A program made the position numbers and the translations under genes. This document shows positions 39,605-46,843 of a stretch of DNA of 46,843 nt, one piece after another (positions within the stretch are counted from its first letter, which is position 1; every line of letters begins with the position of its first letter). The stretch covers positions 1 to 46,843 of the forward strand of contig CAZBCH010000302.1 in the NCBI GenBank assembly GCA_964490235.1, given 5' to 3'. A model generated the notes under the pieces. It searched no databases. It saw only the letters and a list, made by a program, of their open reading frames with translations, and had not been told where the DNA came from. Source of the DNA: an uncultured Flavobacteriaceae bacterium. Lineage in GTDB: Bacteria > Bacteroidota > Bacteroidia > Flavobacteriales > Flavobacteriaceae.

Positions 39605-40405
39605 TTACAATCGTGTAAAAAATAACAAGGTAGTTACTAGAGTGGTGAAAACAGAAATAATAGTAGTAAATGATGCCAATCCAGTGGTACCTGTTCCTAA
39701 AGCTTTTTGAGGTAATGGATCCACAACTATCATATCATTAGGCTGTATATAATAGTAAGGAGAATAAATAACATCTAATTGAGTAAGATCTAGATGATGC
39801 ACTTTGACACCTTCTGGATACTGTCTTACAATTCTCACGTTAGTTAAATCACCTGTGATAGGAACACCACCACCATTTGATATCGCCTCTACAATTGTAG
39901 CTTGATCTCTAAAAATTACCTGTTCACCTTTATTACCTACTTCACCAGTCATCACATAACGCAAACCACCTAGCCGCACTGTGACAAATAAATCTGCATT
40001 TTCTTTAAAATATTCGGTCAATAACCGTTTTTCAATAAGTTCTCGCAGCTCTTCTAACGTTAATCCTAATGCTTTTATTTTACCCAATTGAGGCACTCGT
40101 ATATCACCATGTAAATCTACTGTATAACCGCTAAAATAAAGCCCACCACCTTGTTGTGGATTTTGATTAGAATTGCCTCCAGTTACATTAAACATAGAAA
40201 CCAAATTCTGATCATAAGGAGCCTTAATTTGAATACTCAAAATGTCATTGATTTGTAATCGATAGGGCGCTTGCACTTTTTGAATCCTGATCAACGTATC
40301 ATTTTTAACAGCGTCAGATTCTTGTAAGTAAGTGATTTTGCGAGTAGGTACACAAGAAGTTACTATCAACAATAAAAGTATGATTAGACCTATAAGCTTT
40401 CTCAT
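39605..40405 (-). CDS. wza: Outer-membrane polysaccharide export lipoprotein
   Basis: Lipobox VTSC, poly_export motif GYTVDLHGDIRVPQLG and C-terminal helix. Confidence 0.92.
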   Translation of the reverse strand: MRKLIGLIILLLLIVTSCVPTRKITYLQESDAVKNDTLIRIQKVQAPYRLQINDILSIQIKAPYDQNLVSMFNVTGGNSNQNPQQGGGLYFSGYTVDLHGDIRVPQLGKIKALGLTLEELRELIEKRLLTEYFKENADLFVTVRLGGLRYVMTGEVGNKGEQVIFRDQATIVEAISNGGGVPITGDLTNVRIVRQYPEGVKVHHLDLTQLDVIYSPYYYIQPNDMIVVDPLPQKALGTGTTGLASFTTIISVFTTLVTTLLFFTRL

Positions 40406-40426
40406 GAATAAAAATTACATAAGTGG

Positions 40427-40434
40427 CAAATATA
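40427..40434 (-). promoter_or_regulatory. -7 element of the wza operon promoter
   Basis: TATATTTG(C), 21 nt upstream of the ATG. Confidence 0.65.
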
Positions 40435-40599
40435 GAATTTATGATGCTAATAATCCATCAATATAGATTTATTCATCATAGATATATCGTTCAAATACCC
40501 AAGCTCAACACATACGTCCTAAAAAAGGATGAAATGTAAAACAATATGCAACACATTCTCGAACGATCGCTTCAAACAAAAACCGATCTCTTAGAATAC

Positions 40600-40982
40600 G
40601 ACCTAAGAAAATAACTCGTAAAAAATGAAATGAAGCGCAAGAAAAAGCAAAAACCTCAGTGCTTTCAATTGCAAATCGAATGCTGATAGATCAACAACAA
40701 CACAAGAAAATTATCACACCTATATACGTTCTTTTTGCGCCGCAGCAATTGAAATTTTTAAAACCAGGTTCAAATACCAATGTCGCTAAACAATAGCCCT
40801 TAAATAAATAGAATTATTTAAAGATGGATCGAGGCAAAAAATAATAGCATAGCAGCGCTACGGTATTATTTTTTAACGATGATAAATCAAAAAATAAACT
40901 ATTTATTGCGCGATTGTTTAGCTAGAGTGGTATACAGTCTTGATTTTTTGTTTCGTTTTTTGATCAAGCAAAAAATAAAAAA
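40600..40982 (+). repeat. Structured repeat copy B, interrupted by a nested palindrome
   Basis: Same arms as copies A and C; 40772-40935 is inserted between ggttc and agtcttgatt. Confidence 0.88.
40772..40935. repeat. ~160-bp imperfect palindrome (MITE/REP-like insertion)
   Basis: Nested arms atacca/tggtat, gctaaacaat/attgtttagc, aataaatag/ctatttatt, aaaaaataata/tattatttttt, with central tagc-agc-gcta. Confidence 0.85.
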
Positions 40983-41064
40983 AGCCAGTACCAATTCCCT
41001 AAAACCTAAATTTATCCCATTTAATTAGTTCTGTCAACGTAAAGCTGTATCAAAGGTTTAAAAT

Positions 41065-41300
41065 AATCGAGGATCAAATGACCTAAGAACATGGCTCGTA
41101 AAAAATGAAATGAAGCGTAGGAAGAAGCAAAAATCTTTGTCTTATCAATTATTAATTATAAACTAATAGCTAGATAAGAGCACAAAAAATAATGATACCA
41201 ATAAACTTTCTTTTTGCGCCGCAGCAATTGAAATTTTTAGAGCAAGGTTCTTAAGTCTTGATTTTTTTGTTTCGTTATTTGATCAAGCAAAAAATGAAAA
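41065..41300 (+). repeat. Structured repeat copy C
   Basis: Colinear with 2146-2382. Confidence 0.9.
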
Positions 41301-41301
41301 A

Positions 41302-41364
41302 AGCCAAAAGCTAACAGCCAAAAGCTAACAGCTAACAGCTGACAGCTGACAGCTGACAGCTAAA
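41302..41364. repeat. Heptamer tandem array, 9 units of AGCYRAM
   Basis: agccaaa agctaac agccaaa agctaac agctaac agctgac agctgac agctgac agctaaa. Confidence 0.92.
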
Positions 41365-41367
41365 AAT

Positions 41368-41405
41368 AAAAAAACCGATACACCATTACAGTCTATCGGT
41401 TTTTT
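41368..41405 (-). terminator. Intrinsic terminator after the 250-aa gene, possibly bidirectional
   Basis: aaaaaaaccgata...tatcggtttttt stem flanked by A and T tracts. Confidence 0.75.
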
Positions 41406-41428
41406 AAATCCCTTAATTAGAAACCTAT

Positions 41429-42181
41429 TTACAACACCTCAACAACATTAAGAACATTATAAGCCCCATTCCTCATGTCATACAACGTACCATTCACCTC
41501 TTGACTAAAACTCATCAAGAAAAACACAAATCTTGTACCTGTACCGCTTGGTACATTAGAAGGAACAAGATCAAGACTTTGCCCTACCATATCACCCACT
41601 TCAAGAGTTTTCAAGTCACTCACATATAATTCAGATGCTTCGGTCTGAAAATCTATATCAGCAAAAGCGCTTAATAAACTAACGTGGGTACTTCCGGTAG
41701 GAGCAACAATAGCCTGACTAGGTATAAAATCAGTAAAAGCAATCGTTCCTGTGGTACTATCTATTGCCATAGGAGCAAACAGGATACTACTCAAGGCGGT
41801 ACGATTGTTAAAGTCAAAGCCTTTTAAAAACGCTTTACCTTCCGCAGTTGACAAACCTTGAGAAACAGTACGCGAGCCGCGAGCCGAAACAGCATCAGCA
41901 TTTTTAACTGCTGCCATAACTTTTACAAGACGCGAGGTTACCCTACTGTCTTTTGCTTGCAGCAACAAGGGCCGTATCGCATCTCGCATAACCTTGCCGC
42001 TACGAGTAATTTGCCCAAATTCTCGACCATTCTCTCGTGTACGAGAAAAGGCAGGATCACTTTCGATCCTAGATTTAGAAATTCCACCTTTGGTTCTCAC
42101 TAGAAAACCATCTTTTGACTTGTAGAAGGTCAACTCTCCTAGAGTTCCTTCAATCTTTAATAATCCGCTATTTCTAGCCAT
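41429..42181 (-). CDS. Conserved Bacteroidota hypothetical protein (basic N-terminus, beta-rich C-terminus)
   Basis: Clean 250-aa ORF with its own -7 promoter and terminator. The N-terminus G..KIEGTLG.LTFYK..DG...DPAF.RTREN..EFG resembles a family I recall from Flavobacteria (unverified). Confidence 0.8.
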   Translation of the reverse strand: MARNSGLLKIEGTLGELTFYKSKDGFLVRTKGGISKSRIESDPAFSRTRENGREFGQITRSGKVMRDAIRPLLLQAKDSRVTSRLVKVMAAVKNADAVSARGSRTVSQGLSTAEGKAFLKGFDFNNRTALSSILFAPMAIDSTTGTIAFTDFIPSQAIVAPTGSTHVSLLSAFADIDFQTEASELYVSDLKTLEVGDMVGQSLDLVPSNVPSGTGTRFVFFLMSFSQEVNGTLYDMRNGAYNVLNVVEVL

Positions 42182-42209
42182 AACTAATAATTTAAAAATT
42201 AATATGGAC

Positions 42210-42217
42210 CAAAACTA
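42210..42217 (-). promoter_or_regulatory. -7 element for the 250-aa gene
   Basis: TAGTTTTG, 28 nt upstream of the ATG. Confidence 0.55.
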
Positions 42218-42612
42218 AAGACATTGAAAACCTAGGTCGGGAAATATGACTAATTAAGAAAAAGACTACTTAAAATGTATAAAGTTGATAATCTATAAGT
42301 AAGAATGATTAATTTAAATCAAAATAGAAAGAAAATGGGAAAAAATGGGAAAACAGGCACCATCTTAAAACAAAATCTCTAAGCTATGAGAGCATATTTT
42401 CAAGTAAAAATTAGCGCCACATTTTTGTAACTGGAAATCAGTTATTCAACGTAAATGAAAGCTTTACATAAAATTTTTGAATCATAAATTAATTTAATTA
42501 ACTCGTTATCAATGTTTTATCTAATAAAAACTCTTATGGAGATAAAAAAAAACGGTTGATTAAAAAAAATTAATTGTTGATAACGATGTTCAGACTATTC
42601 CAAAAACTACTT

Positions 42613-42620
42613 TAAATTTG
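42613..42620 (+). promoter_or_regulatory. Candidate -7 element for the small HTH gene
   Basis: TAAATTTG, about 200 nt upstream of the ATG at 42818. Confidence 0.45.
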
Positions 42621-42698
42621 TATCACACTCATTACGAGTAGCTAAGCTAATTATTGATAAAAATGAAACTAACATCGTAATCGATTTAACAATCAATA

Positions 42699-42764
42699 CT
42701 TAATAGCTGCTTAATAGATACTTAATAGATAGTGTATGGATAGTGTATGAGAGCTGCATACAAG
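42699..42764 (+). repeat. 11-bp phased degenerate tandem array
   Basis: cttaatagctg cttaatagata cttaatagata gtgtatggata gtgtatgagag ctgcatacaag. Confidence 0.75.
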
Positions 42765-42817
42765 AAAACAGAGAAAAAGAAGTAAAATATAATCAAACGC
42801 CACTTAAACAAATACAA

Positions 42818-43069
42818 ATGATGAGATTATCAAATACAGAAAGTAAGTACAAGAGAAGCCTGAAAAAAGCGCCATTGTTCATCAGTGCAAAGGATGTAGA
42901 ACGACTTCTAGATTGTTCTTCATCAACTGCCTACAGAAATTTAAAAGCAGCAAAAGCAGATCATATGAGATCTAACGGCAAAGTGACCCATAAAGAATTT
43001 GCAGCCCACTTAGAGATCCCTTTAGAAGAACTCTATTACCGGTTAGATTATCACAAACCTACAGGTTAG
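42818..43069 (+). CDS. Small basic HTH-like DNA-binding protein (~83 aa)
   Basis: ISAKDVERLLDCSSSTAYRNLK is HTH-like, with a second helix pair VTHKEFAAHLEIPLEEL. The ATG follows an A-rich leader; the track's GTG at 42743 lies inside the repeats. Confidence 0.7.
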   Translation: MMRLSNTESKYKRSLKKAPLFISAKDVERLLDCSSSTAYRNLKAAKADHMRSNGKVTHKEFAAHLEIPLEELYYRLDYHKPTG

Positions 43070-43128
43070 GATTTTTCCACAAGTAGTGGTGGTATCACGG
43101 TTGCTTTCATGATGATGAAGGAAGATTC

Positions 43129-43144
43129 CGCTTTCGCGAAAGCG
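43129..43144. repeat. 16-bp palindrome, perfect, between the convergent HTH gene and cysN
   Basis: cgctttcgcgaaagcg. Confidence 0.95.
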
Positions 43145-43161
43145 AGAAAACTAATAACTAC

Positions 43162-44418
43162 TTATACAATCATCCCAGCAGCAACAGTCTCATGTGTTTG
43201 CTCGTCTACTAGAATAACACTTCCTGTGATTCTATTCTCACGATAGGTATCAATCATTAAAGCCTTACTTGTTTTAAGTGTAATACGGCCTATTTCATTC
43301 ATATGAAACTCTTCAGTAGCATCATCACGCTTTAAGGTTTCTATGTCCAGTTTGTAAACTTTATTACGTATCATGCATACTTGCTCATTATTAGCATGCA
43401 TGATTTTATACTTTTTTCGAGGCTGAGAAGGTTTTTCATTAAGCCAGCACACCATAACATCAAATTCCTGAGACAACTCTGGCTGATTGTTAGAGCGCAC
43501 AATCATATCACCTCTGGCAATATCAATGTCATCTTCTAAAGTAATCGCAACACTCATAGGTGCAAAAGCCTCTTTCACTTCTTGTTCACCTAAATGGATA
43601 CTTGCTATTTTTGAAGTAAATCCAGATGGTAATGCGGTAATATCATCACCTACTCGCACTACTCCACTACTCAATCTACCAGCATAACCTCGATAATCTT
43701 CAAATCCTTGAAGCTGTGGTCTGAGCACCGTTTGAACAGGAAATCTTAAATCTAGTTTATTTAAATCACTGCTTATATGAAGTGTTTCTAATGTATAAAG
43801 TAATGGTGCTGCAGGATACCATGGCATATGCTCTGACCTATGCACTACATTATCACCATTTAAGGCACTCATGGGAATAAATGTGATATCTCTTGTAAGC
43901 ATTTTTGAAGAGAATTCTTCAAAGTCCCTTACGATATTATTATAAACTTGCTCATCATAATCAACTATGTCCATTTTGTTCACACAAACAATAATATGAG
44001 GTATGTTCAATAAACTAGCAATAAAAGCATGTCTTCTAGTTTGTTCTATAACGCCATGACGAGCATCTATAAGAATCAAAGCTACGTTTGCAGTAGAAGC
44101 ACCAGTAACCATATTTCTCGTGTATTGAATATGACCTGGAGTATCTGCTATAATAAATTTTCTTCTAGGTGTGGTAAAGTAGCGGTAGGCAACATCTATG
44201 GTGATACCTTGCTCTCTTTCATCTCTTAAACCGTCGGTAAACATGGCTAGATCAATAGAATCCAGTCCTTTTTGTTTACTAGAATTTTCTACGGCATTAA
44301 TTTGATCTTGAAATATAGACTTTGAATCATAAAGCAATCTACCTATCAATGTGCTTTTACCGTCATCTACACTTCCTGCGGTGGTGAATCTTAATAGTTG
44401 ATTATTATCTATATTCAT
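43162..44418 (-). CDS. cysN: Sulfate adenylyltransferase subunit 1 (GTPase)
   Basis: GSVDDGKSTLIGRLL, QGITIDVAY, DTPGH and NKMD motifs; ATG start at MNIDN. Confidence 0.96.
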   Translation of the reverse strand: MNIDNNQLLRFTTAGSVDDGKSTLIGRLLYDSKSIFQDQINAVENSSKQKGLDSIDLAMFTDGLRDEREQGITIDVAYRYFTTPRRKFIIADTPGHIQYTRNMVTGASTANVALILIDARHGVIEQTRRHAFIASLLNIPHIIVCVNKMDIVDYDEQVYNNIVRDFEEFSSKMLTRDITFIPMSALNGDNVVHRSEHMPWYPAAPLLYTLETLHISSDLNKLDLRFPVQTVLRPQLQGFEDYRGYAGRLSSGVVRVGDDITALPSGFTSKIASIHLGEQEVKEAFAPMSVAITLEDDIDIARGDMIVRSNNQPELSQEFDVMVCWLNEKPSQPRKKYKIMHANNEQVCMIRNKVYKLDIETLKRDDATEEFHMNEIGRITLKTSKALMIDTYRENRITGSVILVDEQTHETVAAGMIV

Positions 44419-44482
44419 TTCTTTCTTATTCTTCAATTAGTCCAGACTTAAAAAACTCCTGACTTCATTTTCCTATTTACTT

Positions 44483-44524
44483 ACCTCATGCCTCATCCTC
44501 AAGACCTAATATCTAATACCTTAA
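44483..44524. repeat. Degenerate heptamer array (about 6 units) between cysD and cysN
   Basis: acctcat gcctcat cctcaag acctaat atctaat accttaa. Confidence 0.6.
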
Positions 44525-44526
44525 AA

Positions 44527-45432
44527 TTAAAAGTACCCTTGCTTTTTCCGGTCTTCCATCGCAGTTTCAGATCGTTTATCATCGCTACGATTACCTCTTT
44601 CTGTTTGTTTTAAAGCTGCAACTTCTAAAATAATTTTTTCAATCGTATCTGCATCAGATTCCATTCCGCCAGTAATAGTAATATCTCCTAAGGTTCTGAA
44701 TCTAATCTTTTTTGTAACCACATCTTCAGGACTCACATGCGATAAATAATCAGAATATGGTATCCAGGCATCGTTCATCCAGACTACTTTTCTCTCGTGT
44801 GCTAGATATAGATTAGGGATCTTGATTTGTTCTCTATTGATGTAATTCCAGACATCCATTTCAGTCCAGTTAGATATAGGAAAGGCTCTAAAATGCTCTC
44901 CTTGGTAATGATGACCATTTAAGATATTCCACAGTTCTGGACGTTGATTTTTAGGATCCCATTGCCCAAAGTCATCTCTATGTGAAAAGAAACGTTCTTT
45001 GGCTCTAGCTTTCTCCTCATCCCTACGTGCTCCACCAATGGCACAATCTATTCCATGCTTTTCTATAGCATCTAATAAGGTTGTTGTTTGTAAAGCATTT
45101 CTCGTGGCATTCTTACCTTTCTCTTCTTGAACACGGCCAGTATCAATAGACTCCTGAACGCTAGCTACGATCATTTCTACATTCTTTTCTTTGGCAATTG
45201 CATCTCTAAAAGCAATAGTTTCTGGAAAATTATGTCCGGTATCTACATGCATTAATTTAAAAGGTATACGTGCTGGGTAAAAGGCTTTTTGCGCCAGATG
45301 TGTAACTACAATGCTATCCTTACCGCCACTAAATAAAATCACCGGTTTCTCAAACTGCGCCCATACTTCTCTGATCACATACATCGCCTCAGACTCTAAT
45401 TCTTCTAAATAATCGAGATAAAACTTATTCAT
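44527..45432 (-). CDS. cysD: Sulfate adenylyltransferase subunit 2
   Basis: FSGGKDS, GGARRDEEKARAKER, WDPKNQRPELW and KKQGYF motifs. Confidence 0.97.
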   Translation of the reverse strand: MNKFYLDYLEELESEAMYVIREVWAQFEKPVILFSGGKDSIVVTHLAQKAFYPARIPFKLMHVDTGHNFPETIAFRDAIAKEKNVEMIVASVQESIDTGRVQEEKGKNATRNALQTTTLLDAIEKHGIDCAIGGARRDEEKARAKERFFSHRDDFGQWDPKNQRPELWNILNGHHYQGEHFRAFPISNWTEMDVWNYINREQIKIPNLYLAHERKVVWMNDAWIPYSDYLSHVSPEDVVTKKIRFRTLGDITITGGMESDADTIEKIILEVAALKQTERGNRSDDKRSETAMEDRKKQGYF

Positions 45433-46022
45433 TACTTAATTTTTGAACGTATTTCTTTTGATAAAAAAGCCACTGATTTTTCAACGGTAAAAATACTAGT
45501 TTCTATGTGAACATCTGGCTGTTCTGGTTTTTCATATGGTGCGTTGATTCCAGTAAAGTCCTTTATTTTACCTTCTCTAGCAAGTTGATACAACCCTTTT
45601 ACATCACGCTGCTCGCATATTTCTAACGTAGTGTCTATGAAAACCTCCATAAAATTACTTGCTCCTACAGTGTTCTTGACTAAATCTCTATTCTCTTTTA
45701 AAGGCGATACAAATGCTGCAATTACTATCAAACCAGCATCTGTCATCAATTTAGCCACCTCAGCAACTCTTCTTAAATTTTCTTCACGATCTTCTTTACT
45801 AAAACCTAAACCATTATTTAATCCAGTTCTCAAATTATCACCATCTAGAGTAGATGTATGAAAACCATTTTTGATCAACTGTATTTCTAGAGCCTTTGCA
45901 ATGGTGGATTTACCAGATCCAGAGAGACCAGTAAGCCAAACAACCAATGGTCGATGTCCTTTTACAGAACAACGCAATTCTTTTACTTCTTCATAATCGT
46001 AAGCAAAAATATTATTCTCCAT
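45432..46022 (-). CDS. cysC: Adenylyl-sulfate kinase
   Basis: GLSGSGKST, LDGDNLR, RDVKGLY and FTGINAPYE motifs. Confidence 0.96.
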   Translation of the reverse strand: MENNIFAYDYEEVKELRCSVKGHRPLVVWLTGLSGSGKSTIAKALEIQLIKNGFHTSTLDGDNLRTGLNNGLGFSKEDREENLRRVAEVAKLMTDAGLIVIAAFVSPLKENRDLVKNTVGASNFMEVFIDTTLEICEQRDVKGLYQLAREGKIKDFTGINAPYEKPEQPDVHIETSIFTVEKSVAFLSKEIRSKIK

Positions 46023-46251
46023 GATCTGATTTTCGCCCTTTTAAACCAAAATTACTCTTATACCAGAAACGCTCATGAAAATAATACAACAGCATTTTAA
46101 TCAGCGACTCGGCAATCGCAACACCACTAGCTTTAGAAATCGCTTCTGGGTCTTCTTTAAAGAAAACATAAGCCAAAATAAAAGTGGTGACACTAGCGAT
46201 AATGCGCCAGGTAATGGTTTTGGCAATATGCCTTTTCTTAGAAACTTCCAT
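46012..46251 (-). CDS. DUF2061-like small membrane protein
   Basis: RHIAKTITWR ... KMLLYYFHERFW pattern. Confidence 0.8.
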   Translation of the reverse strand: MEVSKKRHIAKTITWRIIASVTTFILAYVFFKEDPEAISKASGVAIAESLIKMLLYYFHERFWYKSNFGLKGRKSDHGE

Positions 46252-46252
46252 A

Positions 46253-46843
46253 TTACTTCACTATAAAATGCGGATTATACAAATCTTCCTTATTGTACTG
46301 CAAAGCTAGGTGACTATTTGCATCTACTACTTGAAGTCCAGCAGCTTCACAAATCGCCTGACCAGCGGCAGTGTCCCATTCCATTGTAGGGCCAAAACGT
46401 GGATATATCTCACAAATACCAGATGCTACAAGACAAAACTTTAAAGAACTACCTATACTTTCTACCTCAATAGATCGATCAGTTTCTTTCTTTAATTTTT
46501 CAATAAAAGCAACTGTTTCTTCATTCATATGCGACTTACTTCCCACAACTTTGAGCACCTCGTCATTGTTCTGAGGTACCAACTGTTGAGCAGCAGCCAT
46601 TAAGTCATCAAACTCTGGAAGTTCTCCTTTATGAGAATACTTGTAAGCGGCAGTCATGTCTCCAGCAGTGAAATAAAGATCTCCTGTAATTGGTACGTAA
46701 ATAATACCTAGTTGCAATTTTCCATCGCTAAGTAAAGCTATATTAACAGTAAACTCACCGTTTTTATTGATAAACTCCTTAGTACCATCTAACGGATCAA
46801 TGATCCAGCACTCATCCCAATTCTTACGTTTCTTAAAAGGCAC
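46253..46843 (-). CDS. cysQ: 3'(2'),5'-bisphosphate nucleotidase, 5'-truncated by the window edge
   Basis: IDPLDGTKEF, GEFTVNIAL, GSSLKFC and EWDTAAG motifs. Confidence 0.93.
   Translation of the reverse strand: MPFKKRKNWDECWIIDPLDGTKEFINKNGEFTVNIALLSDGKLQLGIIYVPITGDLYFTAGDMTAAYKYSHKGELPEFDDLMAAAQQLVPQNNDEVLKVVGSKSHMNEETVAFIEKLKKETDRSIEVESIGSSLKFCLVASGICEIYPRFGPTMEWDTAAGQAICEAAGLQVVDANSHLALQYNKEDLYNPHFIVK

Noticed and set aside
40406-41428. Invertible promoter, ops/JUMPstart element or tRNA upstream of wza
   Set aside because: I saw no inverted repeats flanking the promoter, no recombinase or UpxY gene, and no tRNA cloverleaf or T-arm consensus.
42743-42817. N-terminal extension of the HTH ORF from the GTG start
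   Set aside because: The GTG lies within the 11-bp repeats; the ATG at 42818 or 42821 after an A-rich leader is more plausible.

Overview
AT-rich Bacteroidota DNA, most like a marine Flavobacteriaceae (inferred from gene content and TAnnTTTG promoters). The left end carries housekeeping genes on the + strand (partial kdsD/kpsF, tatC, AhpD-like). A ~38 kb minus-strand surface-polysaccharide locus (2512-40405) follows. It encodes wza-wzc, a GT10, wzm-wzt, a sulfotransferase, methyl- and acyltransferases, about 19 glycosyltransferases in total, wecB, a nonulosonic acid module (NeuA-HAD fusion plus short NeuB) and an MBOAT/SGNH pair. The right end has a PAPS operon (cysQ-DUF2061-cysC-cysD-cysN). 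A divergent two-gene cassette of unknown function with 11-bp phased repeats separates it from wza. The main unexplained signals are: (1) a 16-bp palindrome CGCTTTCGCGAAAGCG in 6 perfect and several degenerate copies, many inside genes and read in all three frames; (2) a ~240-bp structured repeat in three same-orientation copies bracketing the locus, one carrying a nested ~160-bp palindrome; (3) the divergent cassette; (4) 7-mer tandem arrays downstream of stop codons. All calls come from reading motifs by eye; no database searches were run.
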